From assembly GCA_951406725.2 (NCBI GenBank), contig OX597820.1:10602001-10666000 (forward strand): DNA of 64,000 nt. The letters run 5' to 3'. The notes under the pieces were generated by a model. That model saw nothing but the letters and a program-made list of their open reading frames with translations. It did no database searches and was not told the origin of the DNA. The first letter of the stretch is position 1. Each line of letters opens with the position of its first letter. A program made the translations under genes and the position numbers. Positions 14,816-28,840 of the stretch are shown piece after piece. The stretch is from Octopus vulgaris (taxonomy: Eukaryota).

Positions 14816-15695
14816 CATATGTACACACATACATACATATCTACATACACACATACATACACCCGCCCACATATACAAATTTATACACATGCACATGCCT
14901 ATACCTGTCTACACATACACACACGTATATATGCATACACTCACTCCCATGCATGCACGCATACACACATGTATATATATATATATATATATACCCACGA
15001 CCACACATACATATATACACATAAAAATATATATTCATACGCACATACACTCATGCACACACAACACACCTAGTTCCCTATATACACATATTTACACCTA
15101 TATATACATACACCCACATACACCTATGTACACATATATATATATAAACATATACACGCATACATATATATACATGTGTGCACATACATACATACACACA
15201 TATATACATACACATACGCATACACATGTGTACCTATACATACCTACACATACACACATACATACATACAAATATACATATACATATATATATATACAAT
15301 CCAATACAGGCCCATTCCCTAATTTTAATTTTATTATCTTCATTTATTACTTTTGTTATCTTTGATCGCTAGGGCTAAGAATCCTGGCAATGGCTGCATG
15401 TCCATTTGTCTGTCTACTAGAAGGCAAGTACTCATTCCCGCACGCACACTCATTAGCACGTACATTCACCCATTCGTACACCCATACACATACACGTACG
15501 CACGCGTTATATTCATACATACCAACATCTACATACGTTCACGTATATACACATACGTACTCGTACCTACAGATTCGTGTCTACACTTTAGGAGGCTAGT
15601 CTATACATATACACCAATAAATATACATATATATATATATACCCATATATATACATACACATACACACATATATACTCCTACATACAGATACATA

Positions 15696-15753
<58 letters not shown>

Positions 15754-15943
15754 CATACACATACACACATACATATACACACACATACATACACATATAT
15801 ATACATACACAAACATATATACACACATATATATATACATACACACATACACACACACATACATACGTATACATACATACATACATCCATACATCCATAC
15901 TTACATGCATTTATACGCATACACACACCCATCTATATATATG

Positions 15944-15974
<31 letters not shown>

Positions 15975-16251
15975 TCACACATACATATACAAATCTACGC
16001 ACACACATACATACATACACGTATACGCATACACGCACATACACATATACATGCGTACCCATACACGTGCACACACGCACGCGCATCCATATATATACAC
16101 ACACACACATATATATACACGTGTGCAAGCATACATACATACTCATACGCGCACACATAATTACAAATACATATATGCACACACTTACACACATATATAT
16201 ACATACACATATACATGCATACATACATATATGCATACATACACACACGCA

Positions 16252-16297
<46 letters not shown>

Positions 16298-16573
16298 TAT
16301 ATACATATATAGATATATATACACATACATACACATACACATACATACACACATATACACACATATACATATATATATATATATATATACATATACACAT
16401 ACATATATACACATATACATACATATACATACACACACACATACATATATACATATACACTGATACACATACCCATACATACACATGCATATACTTATAT
16501 CACTACATACTCACATATATAAACATATATACATATACACACATACATATATACATGTACATACACATACGTA

Positions 16574-16613
<40 letters not shown>

Positions 16614-16761
16614 TATACACATATATACATATATACATACATACACACACACACACATACATATACACATATACATGTATACATACGCAAAAATGATACA
16701 CATATATACACATACACACACACAGACACACACAGATGCATATACATACATATATATATAC

Positions 16762-16792
<31 letters not shown>

Positions 16793-16970
16793 AATATATA
16801 CATATATATATAAATACATACATAATACACATATACACATATACACATATACACACACATATATATACATTCATGCATATACATATACAAGTATACATAC
16901 ACATACATACACACACACGCGCACACATACATATACACACACACATATACAAATACATACATACACACAT

Positions 16971-17013
<43 letters not shown>

Positions 17014-17334
17014 CATGTACACATATACATATGTATATATATATCAACAAGGGAGGGTAAAGTTAATTAGTTATTAATCAATTTCATCAAGTGTTCAGTA
17101 TGTAAAGGGACCATTATTATTTTGAGTAAACAATGTTAGAGGGAAAAAATTCTCTAAGTAGTGGAAGAGGCTAAAAAACTTTATTGGCTGCTATTTCTAG
17201 AAAGTTTAGTATGTGGCAAAGTAATTTATTTTATTTTCCTAAGCCCTAATTATATAATATTTTATACATACACATACATAACACATATACATACAAACAC
17301 ATATACACATATACACACACACACACATACAAGC

Positions 17335-17380
<46 letters not shown>

Positions 17381-17613
17381 GCAAATATATATACATATAT
17401 ATTTTTACATGCATACATACACACACACACACATAATACATGCGTATATTCCTACTGTACCCATGCATTTCTATACATATATACATACATACATACGATA
17501 CACATATACAAGCGTGCACATATAATATGTGAAAGGTCTTAGGAGAAAAGGTAATCGGGGGTGCTAGGGGAACAGTGGGGTTGGGGGGGTTTGGGGTTGT
17601 GGGGGGGTTGTCA

Positions 17614-18794
17614 TCAATCAGGTTGCCGGGTAGGTCTATAGTTCTTGTAGTTCGCATACTTCTTATGCATGCAATTTGGGGAGTGTTCTGAAAATTTGTT
17701 AAGGAGAGGGCCTTTGGCGAACAAGGTCTCTAGGCTCTCTGATATGCATAGGTCACAGCAGGTATGTCCTCCTGTGTACGAGCGCGCCTTCTGTAGTAGT
17801 TTCCACTTGGTCTTGAAGGGGATTGAGTTCCTTTTAAGGTACCAGATGTGGGCGGCGAGGGTAGTTTGGTTGGATTTATCCTGTCGCCGGAACGAGTGTG
17901 TATGTGCATACCAGCGGGTCTTAAAGCTGTTTGACGTCATTCCAATGTAGGATTTACTTTTATCGTCAAGGCCTGATCTTACCTCGCATTTATATACTAG
18001 GTCCCTCTGTAGGCAGTTGTTGTTGAGGGGGCAGGTGGTTTTATCATGGCAGTTGCAATTGCTATCGGACGTTGGATGGGCCCCGGAGAAAGTAGATATG
18101 TTAAGTTTTTTCACATTGTTGTTGGCTAGGTTCCTGGCTAGGTTGGGCGTAGTAGAGTAGGAGAGTCTAATAGTGTTCTTATTTAGGATAGTGTAGTACT
18201 TATGTTGGGTGGGGAAGTGTTTCTGTAGGAGAGTGAAAAAGATCTTAGCTACAGGTGTAGCGACCTCACGGTTGAAGGGGGGTTGTACCAGCTAATGTGT
18301 CTTCGTCTATTTTTCCTGGGTTGGCGTGGGGCTATACTAGTGTAGGTAATCTTATCTTTAAAACCACTGCGGGCCAGGGCCTCGTTGTAATAGGGGGCTG
18401 CGGCCCTAAAGATATCTTCCGTGGCGGACAGGCTAGAGATTCTAATTGAGACACTTTTTACTAGGTTATCTAATATATTTCTGGGGTGGTTGGAATTGAT
18501 ATCTATATATCTAAGGGATTCATTTGGTTTGTGGTACGGGTAATAAAGTGAGGTTTTTAAGTCGAGGGTGACATCTAGGAAGTTAGCCTTAGTTAAGTTG
18601 GATTCTAGGGTAATCCTAAGGCCTAAGTTTTTAAAGAAGGTGTGAAGATTTTTCCGGAACCCATCCGTGGTCCTGGGGTTTATATTGTGGAGGGCGAAAA
18701 GGCCGTCATCTCGGTAAAGACCACCGGAGAGGCCTGTGAATAGGGTTTTCAGCCTATGGAGGATGAAAAGGCCCACTAGGTCACTTATTTCAGC
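17614..18794 (-). pseudogene. Truncated PLE RT C-terminal half plus GIY-YIG endonuclease (copy A)
   Basis: ORFs 18249-18776 and 17614-18114, joined by a one-base shift in a C6 run. Confidence 0.9.
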
Positions 18795-19732
18795 TCACTT
18801 TATTACCCGTACCACAAACCAAATGAATCCCTTAGATATATAGATATCAATTCCAACCACCCCAGAAATATATTAGATAACCTAGTAAAAAGTGTCTCAA
18901 TTAGAATCTCTAGCCTGTCCGCCACGGAAGATATCTTTAAGGCCGCAGCCCCCTATTACAACGAGGCCCTGGCCCGCAGTGGTTTTAAAGATAAGATTAC
19001 CTACACTAGTATAGCCCCACGCCAACCCAGGAAAAATAGACGAAGACACATTAGCTGGTACAACCCCCCTTCAACCGTGAGGTCGCTACACCTGTAGCTA
19101 AGATCTTTTTCACTCTCCTACAGAAACACTTCCCCACCCAACATAAGTACTACACTATCCTAAATAAGAACACTATTAGACTCTCCTACTCTACCACGCC
19201 CAACCTAGCCAGGAACCTAGCCAACAACAATGTGAAAAAACTTAACATATCTACTTTCTCCGGGGCCCATCCAACGTCCGATAGCAATTGCAACTGCCAT
19301 GATAAAACCACCTGCCCCCTCAACAACAACTGCCTACAGAGGGACCTAGTATATAAATGCGAGGTAAGATCAGGCCTTGACGATAAAAGTAAATCCTACA
19401 TTGGAATGACGTCAAACAGCTTTAAGACCCGATGGTATGCACATACACACTCGTTCCGGCGACAGGATAAATCCAACCAAACTACCCTCGCCGCCCACAT
19501 CTGGTACCTTAAAAGGAACTCAATCCCCTTCAAGACCAAGTGGAAACTACTACAGAAGGCGCGCTCGTACACAGGAGGACATACCTGCTGTGACCTATGC
19601 ATATCAGAGAGCCTAGAGATCTTGTTCGCCAAAGGCCCTCTCCTTAACAAATTTTCAGAACACTCCCCAAATTGCATGCATAAGAAGTATGCGAACTACA
19701 AGAACTATAGACCTACCCGGCAACCTGATTGA
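18794..19732 (+). pseudogene. Truncated PLE RT thumb plus GIY-YIG endonuclease (copy B)
   Basis: Near-identical to 24498-25436; includes ORF 19232-19732. Confidence 0.9.
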
Positions 19733-19971
19733 TGACAACCCCCCCTACAACCCCCCCCTACAACCCCCCCCCAACCCCACTGTTCCCCTAGCACCCCCGA
19801 TTACCTTTTCTCCTAAGACCTTTCACATATTATATGTGCACGCTTGTATATGTGTATCGTATGTATGTATGTATATATGTATAGAAATGCATGGGTACAG
19901 TAGGAATATACGCATGTATTATGTGTGTGTGTGTGTATGTATGCATGTAAAAATATATATGTATATATATT

Positions 19972-20016
<45 letters not shown>

Positions 20017-20382
20017 GCTTGTATGTGTGTGTGTGTGTATATGTGTATATGTGTTTGTATGTATATGTGTATATATGTATATGCATATGTATGTGTAAAT
20101 GTATGTGCTTATGTATGTGTATGTATGTATAAAATATTATATAATTAGGGCTTAGGAAAATAAAATAAATTACTTTGCCACATACTAAACTTTCTAGAAA
20201 TAGCAGCCAATAAAGTTTTTTAGCCTCTTCCACTACTTAGAGAATTTTTTTCCCTCTAACATTGTTTACTCAAAATAATAATGGTCCCTTTACATACTGA
20301 ACACTTGATGAAATTGATTAATAACTAATTAACTTTACCCTCCCTTGTTGATATATATATACATATGTATATGTGTACATGT

Positions 20383-20420
<38 letters not shown>

Positions 20421-20553
20421 ATGTGTGTATGTATGTATTTGTATATGTGTGTGTGTATATGTATGTGTGCGCGTGTGTGTGTATGTATGTGTATGTATAC
20501 TTGTATATGTATATGCATGAATGTATATATATGTGTGTGTATATGTGTATATG

Positions 20554-20585
<32 letters not shown>

Positions 20586-20597
20586 TATATAGATATG

Positions 20598-20637
<40 letters not shown>

Positions 20638-20765
20638 ATATATATGTATGTATATGCATCTGTGTGTGTCTGTGTGTGTGTATGTGTATATATGTGTATC
20701 ATTTTTGCGTATGTATACATGTATATGTGTATATGTATGTGTGTGTGTGTGTGTATGTATATATG

Positions 20766-20813
<48 letters not shown>

Positions 20814-20987
20814 TACGTATGTGTATGTACATGTATATATGTATGTGTGTATATGTATATATGTTTATATATGTGAGTATGTAGTGATATAAGTATATGC
20901 ATGTGTATGTATGGGTATGTGTATCAGTGTATATGTATATATGTATGTGTGTGTGTATGTATATGTATGTATATGTGTATATATGTA

Positions 20988-21030
<43 letters not shown>

Positions 21031-21089
21031 ATATGTGTGTATGTATGTGTATGTGTATGTATGTGTATATATATCTATATATGTATATA

Positions 21090-21137
<48 letters not shown>

Positions 21138-21414
21138 TGCGTGTGTGTATGTATGCATATATGTATGTATGCATGTATATGTGTATGTATATATATGTGT
21201 GTAAGTGTGTGCATATATGTATTTGTAAGTATGTGTGCGCGTATGAGTATGTATGTATGCTTGCACACGTGTATATATATGTGTGTGTGTGTATATATAT
21301 GGATGCGCGTGCGTGTGTGCACGTGTATGGGTACGCATGTATATGTGTATGTGCGTGTATGCGTATACGTGTATGTATGTATGTGTGTGCGTAGATTTGT
21401 ATATGTATGTGTGA

Positions 21415-21453
<39 letters not shown>

Positions 21454-21627
21454 TGGGTGTGTGTATGCGTATAAATGCATGTAAGTATGGATGTATGGAT
21501 GTATGTATGTATGTATACGTATGTATGTGTGTATGTGTGTATGTATATATATATGTGTGTATATATGTTTGTGTATGTATATATATGTGTATGTATGTGT
21601 GTGTATATGTATGTGTGTATGTGTATG

Positions 21628-21681
<54 letters not shown>

Positions 21682-22561
21682 TATGTATCTGTATGTAGGA
21701 GTATATATGTGTGTATGTGTATGTATATGCGGGTATATATATATATATATATGTATATTTATTGGTGTATATGTATAGACTAGCCTCCTAAAGTGTAGAC
21801 ACGAATCTGTAGGTACGAGTACGTATGTGTATATACGTGAACGTATGTAGATGTTGGTATGTATGAATATAACGCGTGCGTACGTGTATGTGTATGGGTG
21901 TACGAATGGGTGAATGTACGTGCTAATGAGTGTGCGTGCGGGAATGAGTACTTGCCTTCTAGTAGACAGACAAATGGACATGCAGCCATTGCCAGGATTC
22001 TTAGCCCTAGCGATCAAAGATAACAAAAGTAATAAATGAAGATAATAAAATTAAAATTAGGGAATGGGCCTGTATTGGATTGTATATATATATATGTATA
22101 TGTATATTTGTATGTATGTATGTGTGTATGTGTAGGTATGTATAGGTACACATGTGTATGTGTATGTGTATGTATATATGTGTGTATGTATGTATGTGCA
22201 CACATGTATATATATGTATGCGTGTATATGTTTATATATATATATGTGTACATAGGTGTATGTGGGTGTATGTATATATAGGTGTAAATATGTGTATATA
22301 GGGAACTAGGTGTGTTGTGTGTGCATGAGTGTATGTGCGTATGAATATATATTTTTATGTGTATATATGTATGTGTGGTCGTGGGTATATATATATATAT
22401 ATATACATGTGTGTATGCGTGCATGCATGGGAGTGAGTGTATGCATATATACGTGTGTGTATGTGTAGACAGGTATAGGCATGTGCATGTGTATAAATTT
22501 GTATATGTGGGCGGGTGTATGTATGTGTGTATGTAGATATGTATGTATGTGTGTACATATG

Positions 22562-22612
<51 letters not shown>

Positions 22613-23296
22613 ATATATATGTGTATGTATGTATGTGTGTGTAGATACGTATACATGTGTGTATAGGTATAAGTGAGAATCTCCTTATTTACCTATAACT
22701 CTATCCCCCTTTTTTTATATATATATATTTTTATATATATATTTTATATATATATTTTTTTATATATATTTTTTATATTTTTTATTTTTTATTTTTTTAT
22801 TTTATTTTTTTTATTTTTTTATTTTTTTATTTTTTTATTTTTTTATTTTTTATTTTTTATTTTTTATTTATTATTTATTATTTATTTTTTATATTTTATT
22901 TTTTATTTTTTATTTTTTATTTTTTATTTTTTATTTTTTTTTTTTTATTTTTTTATTTTTTTATTTATCTATTCTTTCATCTAACTTACCACTGACTCCT
23001 TGACCACTCCCCCAAGTATGATATTTTGCGCTATGCCTACCCCCAAAAAGTCCCCCACCACCACTCCTTTAAACCTGCCTAAATGTATAAATGCTAATAC
23101 AATTCTTGTTAAATAGCTTCCTGAAGATTTCTCTTGAATGAAACAGTACTAGTCCTGTAGAAGCTCCTTCTATATAATAAATTAATTTTACTCTGCTATG
23201 TATTGAGTACCTTACTTACTGTGGTTAACCCCGAATCAACCCGGGACCTACATATCTTAGCACACCCTAGTGCCCTTATAACCATCACCAAGAAAA
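19733..23296 (+). repeat. PLE non-coding arm / pseudo-LTR (copy B), mostly cryptic (TA)/(TG)/(TATG) repeats plus a T-rich tract
   Basis: Repeated at 25437-28846 and inverted at 14128-17613, with the same order of landmarks. Confidence 0.9.
23115..23165 (+). ncRNA. Type I hammerhead ribozyme (PLE, internal copy)
   Basis: AGCTTC-CTGAAGA-T-TTC-TCTT-GAA-T-GAAA-CAG-TACTAGTC-CTG-TA-GAAGCT. 6-bp stem I, CUGANGA and GAAA cores, GUA triplet (predicted cut after 23159). Confidence 0.85.
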
Positions 23297-25436
23297 ATGC
23301 TGACAAGAATCGACCTCGACACTTCCCTGAAGAACATTACTATCCCACCAAGGAAACAGTACCAAAAGCCCTCATTAGACGGACTGATGAGTTCATCAAA
23401 AGAATTCGATGGAGATCTTTCTTCTTCGACAACCCTGATGTAGCATCTACCAGTAATGATAAGTACGGCTTCAAATCAAATAAGGCCCCTCCTACCAACA
23501 GCCTACTTGAACCGTTTGAAGAAGACCTCTTCCTCATGATAAAAAACATCAAATTCAGGAGAGTCAACTTACCTTTCCAAACGGAACTGAATGCGAAGCT
23601 TTCGAAAATGAAAAGCTCCCAGAACCTCCATGTCCCTTCGGACAAGACAAAAAATATTTACGCGGTGACTCCGGATACCTATAATAGACTAGCCGATAAC
23701 GCCATCACAGCTAAATACAAGAAAGTAGACGACGTAGCGCTAACTGAAACCAACTTGGCCGGGAAAGAGATTGCCACCTCCCTTAAAATCGACGACCGAA
23801 CAGAACCCCTGAGGGTGAAGTCCCCACACTTCACCCTGAAAGACCACAAAGACCATTTCGAAAATAAACCGTCGGTCCGTTTGATTAACCCAACCAAGTC
23901 TGACATCGGATCCGTCAGCAAGAAGATCTTGGACAGGATTTTACCAAAAATGCGTGAAGCTTCACCCCTTCCACTCTGGAATAGGACCTCCGAGGCAATA
24001 ACTTGGTTCCGGGATTTACCAGATAAAAGCAACACCCGATTCCTACAACTGGATATCGAGGATTACTACGCCTCTATATCGGAGAGCTTGCTGATCGATG
24101 CGATTAACTTCGCCAGGAGGTCCTCCACCATCACCGAGGCCGAGCAAGATGTGATCCTCCACGCACGTAAGACTTTTCTTTTCTATGACGGATCCCACTG
24201 GATCAACAAAAAATCTGTGACCCCCTTCGACGTCAGCATGGGTGCTAACGACTCTGCTGAAATAAGTGACCTAGTGGGCCTTTTCATCCTCCATAGGCTG
24301 AAAACCCTATTCACAGGCCTCTCCGGTGGTCTTTACCGAGATGACGGCCTTTTCGCCCTCCACAATATAAACCCCAGGACCACGGATGGGTTCCGGAAAA
24401 ATCTTCACACCTTCTTTAAAAACTTAGGCCTTAGGATTACCCTAGAATCCAACTTAACTAAGGCTAACTTCCTAGATGTCACCCTCGACTTAAAAACCTC
24501 ACTTTATTACCCGTACCACAAACCAAATGAATCCCTTAGATATATAGATATCAATTCCAACCACCCCAGAAATATATTAGATAACCTAGTAAAAAGTGTC
24601 TCAATTAGAATCTCTAGCCTGTCCGCCACGGAAGATATCTTTAAGGCCGCAGCCCCCTATTACAACGAGGCCCTGGCCCGCAGTGGTTTTAAAGATAAGA
24701 TTACCTACACTAGTATAGCCCCACGCCAACCCAGGAAAAATAGACGAAGACACATTAGCTGGTACAACCCCCCTTCAACCGTGAGGTCGCTACACCTGTA
24801 GCTAAGATCTTTTTCACTCTCCTACAGAAACACTTCCCCACCCAACATAAGTACTACACTATCCTAAATAAGAACACTATTAGACTCTCCTACTCTACCA
24901 CGCCCAACCTAGCCAGGAACCTAGCCAACAACAATGTGAAAAAACTTAACATATCTACTTTCTCCGGGGCCCATCCAACGTCCGATAGCAATTGCAACTG
25001 CCATGATAAAACCACCTGCCCCCTCAACAACAACTGCCTACAGAGGGACCTAGTATATAAATGCGAGGTAAGATCAGGCCTTGACGATAAAAGTAAATCC
25101 TACATTGGAATGACGTCAAACAGCTTTAAGACCCGCTGGTATGCACATACACACTCGTTCCGGCGACAGGATAAATCCAACCAAACTACCCTCGCCGCCC
25201 ACATCTGGTACCTTAAAAGGAACTCAATCCCCTTCAAGACCAAGTGGAAACTACTACAGAAGGCGCGCTCGTACACAGGAGGACATACCTGCTGTGACCT
25301 ATGCATATCAGAGAGCCTAGAGATCTTGTTCGCCAAAGGCCCTCTCCTTAACAAATTTTCAGAACACTCCCCAAATTGCATGCATAAGAAGTATGCGAAC
25401 TACAAGAACTATAGACCTACCCGGCAACCTGATTGA
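23297..25436 (+). CDS. PLE polyprotein: reverse transcriptase plus C-terminal GIY-YIG endonuclease (about 713 aa after repairing two single-base frameshifts)
   Basis: ATG at 23297 gives MLTRIDLDTSLKNITIPPRKQYQK. It shifts at the A4 run (23364-23367) into ALIRRTDEFIKRIRW...SDKT...QLDIEDYY...SMGANDSAE...LYRDDG...NFLDV...WYNPP. It shifts again at the C6 run (24768-24773) into FNREVATPVAKIFFTLLQKHFP...LSYSTTPN...CNCHDKTTCPLNNNC...LVYKC...YIGMT...CDLC...CMH. Confidence 0.88.
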
Positions 25437-25673
25437 TGACAACCCCCCCTACAACCCCCCAACCACCCCCCCAACCCCACTGTTCCCCTAGCACCCCCGA
25501 TTACCTTTTCTCCTAAGACCTTTCACATATTATATGTGCACGCTTGTATATGTGTATCGTATGTATGTATGTATATATGTATAGAAATGCATGGGTACAG
25601 TAGGAATATACGCATGTATTATGTGTGTGTGTGTGTATGTATGCATGTAAAAATATATATATGTATATATATT

Positions 25674-25722
<49 letters not shown>

Positions 25723-26080
25723 GCTTGTATGTGTGTGTGTGTGTATATGTGTTTGTATGTATATGTGTATATATGTATATGCATATGTATGTGTAAATGT
25801 ATGTGCTTATGTATGTGTATGTATGTATAAAATATTATATAATTAGGGCTTAGGAAAATAAAATAAATTACTTTGCCACATACTAAACTTTCTAGAAATA
25901 GCAGCCAATAAAGTTTTTTAGCCTCTTCCACTACTTAGAGAATTTTTTTCCCTCTAACATTGTTTACTCAAAATAATAATGGTCCCTTTACATACTGAAC
26001 ACTTGATGAAATTGATTAATAACTAATTAACTTTACCCTCCCTTGTTGATATATATATACATATGTATATGTGTACATGT

Positions 26081-26118
<38 letters not shown>

Positions 26119-26280
26119 ATGTGTGTATGTATGTATTTGTATATGTGTGTGTGTATATGTATGTGTGCGCGTGTGTGTGTATGTATGTGTATGTATACTT
26201 GTATATGTATATGCATGAATGTATATATATGTGTGTGTATATGTGTATATGTGTATTATGTATGTATTTATATAGATATG

Positions 26281-26324
<44 letters not shown>

Positions 26325-26674
26325 ATATATATGTATGTATATGCATCTGTGTGTGTCTGTGTGTGTGTATGTGTATATATGTGTATCATTTTTGCGTATG
26401 TATACATGTATATGTGTATATGTATGTGTGTGTGTGTGTATGTATGTATATATGTATATATGTGTATATATATGTATATATATATATATATATATATGCA
26501 TACGTATGTGTATGTACATGTATATATGTATGTGTGTATATGTATATATGTTTATATATGTGAGTATGTAGTGATATAAGTATATGCATGTGTATGTATG
26601 GGTATGTGTATCAGTGTATATGTATATATGTATGTGTGTGTGTATGTATATGTATGTATATGTGTATATATGTA

Positions 26675-26719
<45 letters not shown>

Positions 26720-26782
26720 ATATGTGTGTATGTATGTGTGTATGTGTATGTATGTATGTATATATATCTATATATGTATATA

Positions 26783-26830
<48 letters not shown>

Positions 26831-27320
26831 TGCGTGTGTGTATGTATGCATATATGTATGTATGCATGTATATGTGTATGTATATATATGTGTGTAAGTG
26901 TGTGCATATATGTATTTGTAAGTATGTGTGCGCGTATGAGTATGTATGTATGCTTGCACACGTGTATATATATGTGTGTGTGTGTATATATATGGATGCG
27001 CGTGCGTGTGTGCACGTGTATGGGTACGCATGTATATGTGTATGTGCGTGTATGCGTATACGTGTATGTATGTATGTGTGTGCGTAGATTTGTATATGTA
27101 TGTGTGAGTGTGTATATATATATATATATATATACATATATATAGATGGGTGTGTGTATGCGTATAAATGCATGTAAGTATGGATGTATGGATGTATGTA
27201 TGTATGTATACGTATGTATGTGTGTATGTGTGTATGTATATATATATGTGTGTATATATGTTTGTGTATGTATATATATGTGTATGTATGTGTGTGTATA
27301 TGTATGTGTGTATGTGTATG

Positions 27321-27370
<50 letters not shown>

Positions 27371-28248
27371 TATGTATCTGTATGTAGGAGTATATATGTG
27401 TGTGTGTGTATGTATATGCGGGTATATATATATATATATGTATATTTATTGGTGTATATGTATAGACTAGCCTCCTAAAGTGTAGACACGAATCTGTAGG
27501 TACGAGTACGTATGTGTATATACGTGAACGTATGTAGATGTTTGTATGTATGAATATAACGCGTGCGTACGTGTATGTGTATGAGTGTACGAATGGGTGA
27601 ATGTACGTGCTAATGAGTGTGCGTGCGGGAATGAGTACTTGCCTTCTAGTAGACAGACAAATGGACATGCAGCCATTGCCAGGATTCTTAGCCCTAGCGA
27701 TCAAAGATAACAAAAGTAATAAATGAAGATAATAAAATTAAAATTAGGGAATGGGCCTGTATTGGATTGTATATATATATATGTATATGTATATTTGTAT
27801 GTATGTATGTGTGTATGTGTAGGTATGTATAGGTACACATGTGTATGTGTATGTGTATGTATATATGTGTGTATGTATGTATGTGCACACATGTATATAT
27901 ATGTATGCGTGTATATGTTTATATATATATATGTGTACATAGGTGTATGTGGGTGTATGTATATATAGGTGTAAATATGTGTATATAGGGAACTAGGTGT
28001 GTTGTGTGTGCATGAGTGTATGTGCGTATGAATATATATTTTTATGTGTATATATGTATGTGTGGTCGTGGGTATATATATATATATATATACATGTGTG
28101 TATGCGTGCATGCATGGGAGTGAGTGTATGCATATATACGTGTGTGTATGTGTAGACAGGTATAGGCATGTGCATGTGTATAAATTTGTATATGTGGGCG
28201 GGTGTATGTATGTGTGTATGTAGATATGTATGTATGTGTGTACATATG

Positions 28249-28299
<51 letters not shown>

Positions 28300-28840
28300 A
28301 TATATATGTGTATGTATGTATGTGTGTGTAGATACGTATACATGTGTGTATAGGTATAAGTGAGAATCTCCTTATTTACCTATAACTCTATCCCCCTTTT
28401 TTTATATATATATATTTTTATATACATATTTTATATATATATTTTTTTATATATATTTTTTATATTTTTATTTTTTATTTTTTTATTTTATATATATTTT
28501 TTATTTTTTTATATTTTTATTTTTATTTTTATTTATTTTTTATTTATTTTTATTTTTATTTTTTATTTTTTATTTTTATTTTTTTTTTTATTTTTTTTTT
28601 TTATTTTTTTATTTTTTTATTTTTTTATTTATCTATTCTTTCATCTAACTTACCACTGACTCCTTGACCACTCCCCCAAGTATGATATTTTGCGCTATGC
28701 CTACCCCCAAAAAGTCCCCCACCACCACTCCTTTAAACCTGCCTAAATGTATAAATGCTAATACAATTCTTGTTAAATAGCTTCCTGAAGATTTCTCTTG
28801 AATGAAACAGTACTAGTCCTGTAGAAGCTCCTTCTATATA

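Larger units (their letters stand above)
14128..18794 (-). mobile_element. PLE copy A: inverted, 5'-truncated unit with 3' extension past the ribozyme
   Basis: Reverse complement of the unit. It starts at a position equivalent to 24256 and ends at a position equivalent to 23255. Confidence 0.95.

Noticed and set aside
20602-22026. 474-aa antisense ORF (also 26268-27713 and 15353-16312)
   Set aside because: Stop-poor (CA)/(TA) repeats produce H/T/Y/I low-complexity frames. The start is non-ATG and the reading frames diverge between copies.
23203-23296. ORF-track start of the 532-aa RT
   Set aside because: This is a TTG start in a eukaryote. The family-like N-terminus begins at ATG 23297 in another frame.
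24936-25436. Selenocysteine recoding, as known for some Naiad PLEs
   Set aside because: All conserved cysteines are TGC/TGT, there is no in-frame TGA before the natural end, and I see no convincing SECIS.
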